A stretch of 46,080 nt of DNA from Candidatus Moranbacteria bacterium RIFCSPHIGHO2_02_FULL_40_12b (GCA_001784725.1 MFRX01000009.1:22335-68414); one strand, 5' to 3'; positions 9,094 through 15,056 are shown, counted from the first letter of the stretch. Program-made: numbers and translations. The notes: generated from the letters alone by a model not told the origin.

Positions 9094-9735
9094 ATGGCAC
9101 CAAAAACAGCAACGCTTCCGGAAACGGAAACATCTGAACAGATGAAAATCAATACATATAAGGTAACCTGCAGGGGAATTTCCCCGATTCTCATGAATCC
9201 AGCGACAGAGGAACTGCTCAATCAGCTTGACGGCGGAGCAGGAGCGCGTACTCCAAAAGATATGGTTTCAACTCCGGAGCAGAAAGCTGAGAGGAAAATA
9301 ATCCGGGATGAAAACGGGAATGTCGGCGTGCCGTCCAGTTATTTATTCAGTTGCTTGCGCGAAGCGGGCCGGCGCGTTCCATATGACGCCAAGACGAAGA
9401 TTTCCACTAAAGAAAGCACAATTCTTCCGGGACTGATGTCAATCGTGGAAATTTTCATTCCTTTTATTGATCAAGATGCGAAATGGGAAGTGGACCGGAG
9501 AAGAGGCATGCTTCCCAAAGATGGAACCGCGGTTTGTATCACCCGCCCGCGTTTTAACGAGTGGGCATTTGCAGTGACAATAGAAGTGGATGAAGGACAG
9601 GTTTCGCCTGGAAAAATAAAGGAACTTTTCAAGGTAGCGGGAAGAATGGTCGGCCTTGGGGACTTCCGTCCATCATGCAATGGACAGTTTGGAAGGTTCC
9701 GGGTAGAAAACTGGGAGAAGATAAAAGAAACTTAG
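9094..9735 (+). CDS. RAMP-like protein (Cas5/Cas6/Cas7-type motifs); function unknown
   Basis: 213 aa with the strong RBS taGGAGGtaaaaATG. Motif GVPSSYLFSCLREAGR (aa 78-93) resembles the RAMP P-x-S-S-h-K-G-x-h-R motif. The C-terminal glycine-rich loop is VGLGDFRPSCNGQFGRFRV (aa 186-204). Confidence 0.45.
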   Translation: MAPKTATLPETETSEQMKINTYKVTCRGISPILMNPATEELLNQLDGGAGARTPKDMVSTPEQKAERKIIRDENGNVGVPSSYLFSCLREAGRRVPYDAKTKISTKESTILPGLMSIVEIFIPFIDQDAKWEVDRRRGMLPKDGTAVCITRPRFNEWAFAVTIEVDEGQVSPGKIKELFKVAGRMVGLGDFRPSCNGQFGRFRVENWEKIKET

Positions 9736-9753
9736 TAAAATACCTTTCGTTCT

Positions 9754-9829
9754 GTGCGGTTAAGTTTCGTACTGCCTTCCCCAGCAGGGTTCGGTGGAGT
9801 TCGGAGCAGGGACTCAATGAGTCCCTGCT
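9754..9829 (+). repeat. Hairpin module U1
   Basis: GTGCGGT (9754..9760), AGCAGGGTTCGG (9783..9794), and an 11-bp perfect stem agcagggactc / gagtccctgct (9805..9815 / 9819..9829). Confidence 0.65.
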
Positions 9830-9886
9830 GAAATTACTAATGTACTTAAGAGTTGCAATAAAAACTGTTCTCTACTGTTTAGTTCA

Positions 9887-9940
9887 GTGCGGTAGGGCGC
9901 AGCAGGGTGCGGGGCAGGACAGAAGAATTTCTGTCCTGCC
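9887..9940 (+). repeat. Hairpin module U2
   Basis: GTGCGGT (9887..9893), AGCAGGGTGCGG (9901..9912), and a 12-bp perfect stem ggcaggacagaa / ttctgtcctgcc (9913..9924 / 9929..9940), followed by CTGCCATC. Confidence 0.7.
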
Positions 9941-10030
9941 ATCTCTTTCAGAGATTTTAATAAAATTGAAATTTCTAGAAGGGAGAATTTTTTTCCAATG
10001 AGTTCTTTATAATTTTAAAAGGAGATTGAA

Positions 10031-10240
10031 ATGAGGAAGAAAAACAGAGATAGAAAAGAGAAAGAGATTGTAATAAGAGTATCAGGAGTAGAAAGTTTTG
10101 TTCAAGGCAGCAGTAATAATTTGATTATAGATGTTGAAATGAATAAAGAGAATATCTGGATGGCAAAAGTTGAGTCGGAAATTACTCTAAAAGAAATATT
10201 ATACAGAATATGGCCGAACATCGCGCGCATTGTAAAGTAA
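10031..10240 (+). CDS. Small hypothetical protein (69 aa) inside the island
   Basis: Good RBS aaAAGGAGattgaaATG. Occupies the only AT-rich gap between GC-rich hairpin blocks. No recognisable motif. Confidence 0.5.
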   Translation: MRKKNRDRKEKEIVIRVSGVESFVQGSSNNLIIDVEMNKENIWMAKVESEITLKEILYRIWPNIARIVK

Positions 10241-10241
10241 C

Positions 10242-10343
10242 GTGCGGTGGTGTGTGGCTCGGTCCAGCTAGGAGTTAGTAGCGCAGTGAGCGGTCCGGTC
10301 CGCCAGAGCTTGGGGCAGAGTCACTGATAATTCAAACTCTGCC
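10242..10343 (+). repeat. Hairpin module U3
   Basis: GTGCGGT (10242..10248), then about 65 nt of GC-rich sequence, then stem ggcagagt / actctgcc (10314..10321 / 10336..10343), followed by CTGCCAAATTTT. Confidence 0.6.
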
Positions 10344-10429
10344 AAATTTTCTAAAAATTTTAAACCATTGAAATTTTTGAAAAGTTCTTTGAATCATAGA
10401 CAAGGCAGTGTTTAGTCTTGTCCGGTTGC

Positions 10430-10487
10430 GCGCGGTTCTCGACGGCGCAGTAAAGTTTGGAGCAGGGGATTTATTTGGATTTCCTGC
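10430..10487 (+). repeat. Hairpin module U4
   Basis: GCGCGGT (10430..10436). Stem 10462..10471 / 10478..10487 with G-U pairs valid only on the + strand. Followed by CTGCCAG. Confidence 0.55.
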
Positions 10488-10508
10488 CAGAACGCTTAAC
10501 GCAGATTT

Positions 10509-10586
10509 AGCAGGGTACGGCGGAGCAGCGCGCGGTGTAGTTGGGTTGTGTCGCGCATGGGGCAGGAATTAATTCTAATTCCTGCC
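10509..10586 (+). repeat. Hairpin module U5
   Basis: AGCAGGGTACGG (10509..10520), GCGCGGT (10530..10536), and stem ggcaggaatt(a) / (t)aattcctgcc (10561..10586), followed by CTGCCATCC. Confidence 0.7.
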
Positions 10587-10681
10587 ATCCCTTTCCGAGA
10601 ATTTCATTATTTGGAATTTTCAGAAAGGGAATAAAAAGTGTCTTTGGCACTTTCCCATTTGTCCTTTAAAAAGGAGAAAAA

Positions 10682-12466
10682 ATGAAACATCAGAAATATC
10701 TCGATCTTCTGGAATTTTTTCCGGTTGATCAATATCCAAAGCCATTGAAAAATCAAGTGCTGGCTTTGGAAGCAGCAGAAAAAAATGCATCAACGCTTTT
10801 AGAATTGCCGACTGGTTCAGGTAAAACTGCAATCGGCTACACTTTCTTGAAGGCGTTGAAAAGTTCGAGTAAGTCGCCACTTTTCTACATTGTTCCAAAT
10901 AAGACATTAGTTAATCAAGTGCGTGAACTTCATCCCGATGTTAAGGTTGTTTATGGACGTAATGAATATCTCTGTCCTTATTACAGAGACGGCAATGTGA
11001 CAGCCGATGAATCGCCATGTTCAATGTTGGATTGTCCGCATCGGGTAGATCAGGAAACAGGAGAAACCGAAGCTGGAGGAGTTGAGCCGTGTCCCTATCT
11101 TCAGGCCAAATATGAAGCCAAAAGAGGAGACATAATTGCCTGCACTATGTCTTTTTATCTTTTCACCCATCTTTTTTCCAAAGAATGGGATGAGACGGCC
11201 GGACTAGTGATTGATGAAGTGCATCGGTTGGCAAATGTTTTCCGCAATTCTTTGAGTTATGAGATTACGGATTATTATTTAGACAGGATAATCGAGCTCC
11301 TTTCGGAAATTTCTCCAAACGAAGCCAAGATCATATCAGAATTCAGGCGTAAGATGATGAAAATTATCAAGCGCCGTCCACCCAGAACCGCAACGCTTTT
11401 AAAAGCAGGCGAGGTTGCCGAGCTCTTGAGAGAACTTTACAAAATCGATTCGAAAAAAATGCGGAAAGCCGTCAAGGAAGCGGTTAAGCGAGGTGGCATT
11501 GATGTGGTTGCTCAGCGTGAGGTGCTGAAAAAAACCGAAATGATCACTCGCAACCTGATCCGTTATCTCAAGTCATTGGAATTTTCCTTGCCGACGGCCA
11601 AAAGAAATCCTCTCAACTATACTTACGCTTTTTATGAGAAGGATTCGGATGGAAATGGAAAATCGCAGTATCGCTTGGTAATCAGGGCATATTATGTGGC
11701 TCCACTTATCCAAAAAATATTGCCTGAAAAAACACTGGCTTATTCGGCAACAATCGGCGATCCCCAAATCATCAAATATGAAACCGGGATAGATTTTTCT
11801 TTCTATTCTTTTCCGTCTAACTTTCCGTCAAGAAATACTAAAATTTTTCTATCGACTGACATGCCTAATCTTGCGATGAAGGCCAGAAGAAAGCAGGATC
11901 TTACGCGTTCTTTGCGCAAGGTCGCAAAAGCGGCAAAAATCTTTGCTGATTCCGGCATACGGTCGCTCGTTGTGGTTGTTTCCGAGATGGAAAGGCAGAA
12001 GTTTATGATGTTGGCGAAAGAAGAAGGCGTTGAGGCGATAAGTTATGGCAACGGCGTAAAACCCAGAGTCGCCGCTGAAAAATTCAAGAGTGGTGGGAGC
12101 GATGTTCTCGTGGGCACGGTGTCCAACTATGGCGAGGGTGTGGATCTTCCTAAGAAGATTGCGCAAGTGACATTTTTTCTGCGGCCGGGATATCCCAATC
12201 CGCATGATCCGCTCACGATTTTTGAAGAACGAAGATATGGAAGCGTGCGCTGGAAAATTTGGAACTGGCGGGTGATGATAGAAGCGCTTCAGGTGCGCGG
12301 ACGCAATGTGCGGAGCGCCAAGGATACCGGTGTGACTATCTTCATTTCCCAGCAGTTCGGACGGTTCCTTTATGCCAGTCTTCCGGAGTGGCTCAAGGAA
12401 TCATTTGAGGGCAAATTGACTTGGGATGAATGTATTACTGATGCAAAGACATTGCTGGCAAAATAA
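10682..12466 (+). CDS. XPD/Rad3/DinG-family superfamily-2 helicase with Fe-S cluster domain
   Basis: 594 aa with RBS aaAAGGAGaaaaaATG. Walker A is LELPTGSGKT and the DEAH-type box is VIDEVHRL. Four Cys lie between them (LCPYY, SPCSMLDCPH, EPCPY), as in the XPD 4Fe-4S domain. Also has SATIG, YGEGVDLP and QVRGRNVRS (motifs III, V, VI). Confidence 0.85.
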   Translation: MKHQKYLDLLEFFPVDQYPKPLKNQVLALEAAEKNASTLLELPTGSGKTAIGYTFLKALKSSSKSPLFYIVPNKTLVNQVRELHPDVKVVYGRNEYLCPYYRDGNVTADESPCSMLDCPHRVDQETGETEAGGVEPCPYLQAKYEAKRGDIIACTMSFYLFTHLFSKEWDETAGLVIDEVHRLANVFRNSLSYEITDYYLDRIIELLSEISPNEAKIISEFRRKMMKIIKRRPPRTATLLKAGEVAELLRELYKIDSKKMRKAVKEAVKRGGIDVVAQREVLKKTEMITRNLIRYLKSLEFSLPTAKRNPLNYTYAFYEKDSDGNGKSQYRLVIRAYYVAPLIQKILPEKTLAYSATIGDPQIIKYETGIDFSFYSFPSNFPSRNTKIFLSTDMPNLAMKARRKQDLTRSLRKVAKAAKIFADSGIRSLVVVVSEMERQKFMMLAKEEGVEAISYGNGVKPRVAAEKFKSGGSDVLVGTVSNYGEGVDLPKKIAQVTFFLRPGYPNPHDPLTIFEERRYGSVRWKIWNWRVMIEALQVRGRNVRSAKDTGVTIFISQQFGRFLYASLPEWLKESFEGKLTWDECITDAKTLLAK

Positions 12467-12530
12467 ATACTTGCCAATGTAGTGCCCGTTTATGTAGAGT
12501 ATTGTTACGTATGGCTTAAGTATTGCGCGG

Positions 12531-12556
12531 GACGGGAATTCATTTGAATTCCCGTC
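12531..12556 (+). repeat. Hairpin module U6
   Basis: 11-bp perfect stem gacgggaattc / gaattcccgtc, preceded by GGG and followed by GAAATTTTT. Confidence 0.65.
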
Positions 12557-12626
12557 GAAATTTTTCAGCACAGCTTATGATGTTTTGAATGCTAATGTTT
12601 TGCTGAGTCACGTTCAGTTCAGTATG

Positions 12627-12653
12627 GGACGAGAATTCAAATGAGTTCCAGCC
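12627..12653 (+). repeat. Hairpin module U7 (degenerate copy of U6)
   Basis: gggacgagaattcaaatgagttccagcc aligns to U6 but has several stem mismatches. Confidence 0.4.
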
Positions 12654-12737
12654 ATAAAAATTTTACTGTGCCAGGTCATGTTCGGTATAGTTGGCTCCGG
12701 TGGAGAAGGGCATGGCAGTCAATGGTCTTCAACATGG

Positions 12738-12772
12738 GGCAGTGATTTCAATAAATCTCTGCCATTTTTTTT
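12738..12772 (+). terminator. Hairpin module U8, acting as an intrinsic terminator at the island's right end
   Basis: Stem ggcagtgattt / aaatctctgcc (one T-T mismatch), followed by A and then T8 (12765..12772). Confidence 0.7.
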
Positions 12773-12808
12773 GGAAAATTAGTGTGTTATAATTTAAAAC
12801 ACGCCACC

Positions 12809-12879
12809 GCATTATTTTTGATTCTTAATTCACAATTTTTAATTCCAGCAATATGGTTTCTTTTGAAAAATCCGTCGGG
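12809..12879 (+). repeat. Right direct repeat of the island (attR-like)
   Basis: Matches 8801..8857. Contains the start codon and first 9 codons of the intact Nudix gene. Confidence 0.9.
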
Positions 12880-13317
12880 GCGGTTTTGTTCCGGCGGGTA
12901 AACAGCAAAAATAAATATCTTCTGCTTCATTATAAGTCCGGCCATTGGGATTTTCCCAAAGGGCATCAGGAAAAAGGCGAGAATGACGAAGTAACGCTCC
13001 GAAGGGAAGTAAAAGAAGAAACCGGAATCCAGGACATCAAAATAATTCCGGGATTCAGCAAAAAAATCGGATATTTTTATGTTGCCAAAGGAAAAGAAAG
13101 AAAAAAACGGCTGAAGGTTCAAAGAGGAATAAAAATTAAAAAACAAGTTATCTACTATTTAGCCGAAACGCGGGAAAAAGAAGTGAAAATTTCTTTTGAA
13201 CATGTCGGCTTTCGGTGGCTGGACTATTCCCAGGCGCTCAAGAAAATTACTTTCAAAAATTCAAAAAATGTGCTCATTTTGGCTAATAATTATTTTGCTA
13301 AAATACCGGGGTCTTGA
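12853..13317 (+). CDS. Nudix hydrolase (Ap4A-hydrolase-like)
   Basis: 154 aa with the Nudix box GHQEKGENDEVTLRREVKEETGI, preceded by HWDFPKG. Confidence 0.85.
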   Translation: MVSFEKSVGAVLFRRVNSKNKYLLLHYKSGHWDFPKGHQEKGENDEVTLRREVKEETGIQDIKIIPGFSKKIGYFYVAKGKERKKRLKVQRGIKIKKQVIYYLAETREKEVKISFEHVGFRWLDYSQALKKITFKNSKNVLILANNYFAKIPGS

Positions 13318-13349
13318 TATTTTCAAAGAATTGGTTAATAATATTGTAG

Positions 13350-15056
13350 ATGACTCTAAAAAGAAAACTTCTTCTCAAATTTCTCCTGATAATAGTTCTT
13401 GCATTTGGCGCGGGGCTGGTTTCGTATCCCAATGCGGTAAAAAAAATACCGCCGGTTTATAACGCTCTGAATAAGCTGAAAATAAATCTGGGACTGGATT
13501 TGCAGGGAGGGATTCATCTGGAATACAAAGCCGATTTGAGCAATACCGAAAGTTCTAAAGTGAATGACGCGATGCAAGCGGCGCAGGATGTTATCGAACG
13601 GAGAGTAAACGCTTTTGGGGTGGCCGAGCCGATGATTTACACTACGCGGTCGGGAAGCGAACACCGCCTAATCGTGGAACTGGCGGGCGTCAAAGACATA
13701 GAGAAAGCGAAAGAGATGATAAAAGAGACGCCGTTTTTGGAATTCAAAGAGGAAAAAACTGAAGAGGAAATAAAGGAGACGGAGAAAATATTTGACTCAA
13801 TCAACGAACAAACGAAGAGACAGGCGGAAGAAATATTGCAGAGAGCTTTAAATGGCGAAAATTTTGAAGAGCTGGTGAAAAAATATAGCGAAGATCCCGG
13901 ATCTAAAGACGCGGGCGGGGATTTGGGATTTACGAAAAAAGGTACTTTTGTTCCGGAGTTTGACAAAGTGCTTTTCGAAGGAAATCTGAAAAACGGCAAA
14001 GTTTATCCCGCTTTGGTGGAAACGCAATTTGGCTGGCACATTATAAAATTCATTGACTCCCGCGGGGAGGGAGAAAATAAGGAAGTCCATTCCGCGCATA
14101 TTCTTTTGGCGAAAAGGACAGCCGATATGTATCCTGATTTAAAATATAAATCAACGGGGCTCACAGGAAAAAATTTAAAAAGCGCGAGCGCTGATTTTCA
14201 AGGGCAGGGGCTAACCGAACCGGTTGTTTCCTTGCAATTTGATGGCGAAGGGACGAAACTTTTCGCGGATTTGACTAAAAAGAATGTCGGGAAAACGATT
14301 GCGATTTATCTTGACGGGCAAACAATCAGCGCCCCCAGGGTCAATGAAGAGATTACCAGTGGCAGCGCGGTGATATCAGGTGATTTTACGACTGAAGAAA
14401 CTAAAAACTTGGCCAGGCGGTTGAATGAAGGCGCTTTGCCCGTGCCGTTGGAATTGATTTCACAGCAGAGCGTGGAGGCGTCACTGGGAGAAATATCGCT
14501 TCAAAAAAGTTTAAAAGCCGGCATAATCGGGCTTGTTCTCGTCATTATTTTTATGGTTCTTTACTACCGTTTTCTTGGAGTAATCGCCTCACTCGCGCTT
14601 CTCATATATTCCGCGATTATGATTTCTATTTTCAAATTGTCGTCCGGAACTCCCTGGCAAATTACGCTTACGCTTCCGGGCATCGCGGGATTCGTCCTTT
14701 CCATTGGAATGGCAGTGGACGCCAATATTTTGATTTTTGAGCGCACTAAAGAGGAAATAAGGCGAGGCCGGAATATTTTAAGCGCCATTGACGAGGGATT
14801 CAAACGCGCCTGGACATCAATCCGCGACGGAAATGTTTCTTCTCTTATCACCGCTTTCATTTTAATGATGATGGGTACCGGATTCGTCAAGGGCTTCGCG
14901 GTGACATTAATAGTTGGAGTTCTGGTATCCATGTTTACGGCAGTCGTTATTTCCCGGACGCTGATAAAATTTTTAGTAAGAGAATGGATTTCCAATAAAT
15001 TATATTTAATAGGGGTGAAAAGAAAAGATGTTGCTGACAGTGAGATTAGGAAATAA
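13350..15056 (+). CDS. secD: Protein-export membrane protein SecD with an inserted parvulin-type PPIase domain
   Basis: 568 aa. N-terminal TM segment, LGLDLQGGIHL, C-terminal TM bundle (GIAGFVLSIGMAVDANILIFER). Internal segment FEELVKKYSEDPGSKDAGGDLGF...FGWHIIKF is PpiC/parvulin-like. Confidence 0.9.
   Translation: MTLKRKLLLKFLLIIVLAFGAGLVSYPNAVKKIPPVYNALNKLKINLGLDLQGGIHLEYKADLSNTESSKVNDAMQAAQDVIERRVNAFGVAEPMIYTTRSGSEHRLIVELAGVKDIEKAKEMIKETPFLEFKEEKTEEEIKETEKIFDSINEQTKRQAEEILQRALNGENFEELVKKYSEDPGSKDAGGDLGFTKKGTFVPEFDKVLFEGNLKNGKVYPALVETQFGWHIIKFIDSRGEGENKEVHSAHILLAKRTADMYPDLKYKSTGLTGKNLKSASADFQGQGLTEPVVSLQFDGEGTKLFADLTKKNVGKTIAIYLDGQTISAPRVNEEITSGSAVISGDFTTEETKNLARRLNEGALPVPLELISQQSVEASLGEISLQKSLKAGIIGLVLVIIFMVLYYRFLGVIASLALLIYSAIMISIFKLSSGTPWQITLTLPGIAGFVLSIGMAVDANILIFERTKEEIRRGRNILSAIDEGFKRAWTSIRDGNVSSLITAFILMMMGTGFVKGFAVTLIVGVLVSMFTAVVISRTLIKFLVREWISNKLYLIGVKRKDVADSEIRK

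Noticed and set aside
9675-10001. 108-aa ORF overlapping the end of the RAMP-like gene and hairpin units U1/U2
   Set aside because: It has no RBS and overlaps a better-supported gene. Its Arg/Gly/Gln-rich translation simply reflects reading through GC-rich structured DNA.
9736-10681. Possible CRISPR array between the RAMP-like gene and the helicase
   Set aside because: There is no constant-length direct repeat and no regular repeat-spacer period. The hairpins share only their basal 5-7 bp, and the units vary from about 37 to about 170 nt. The region is described instead as a family of structured modules.
9736-10681. Integron-like gene cassettes with attC sites (GTTAAGT at 9759 and GCTTAAC at 10494 resemble the R' and R'' cores)
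   Set aside because: No IntI-type integrase or attI is present. The 7-nt cores are short enough to occur by chance, and the hairpins lack the extrahelical-base architecture of attC sites, as far as can be judged by eye.
8858-12838. Terminal inverted repeats at the island ends (GTGGTGTTTTGGTTAATATAAC at about 8863 versus the reverse complement of 12786..12807)
   Set aside because: Only about 15 of 22 positions match. The right-hand partner is better explained as part of the extended direct-repeat homology and a local hairpin (gtgtt...aacac) resembling the native Nudix terminator.
13196-13462. 88-aa ORF bridging the Nudix gene and secD
   Set aside because: It overlaps both well-supported genes out of frame and has no RBS.
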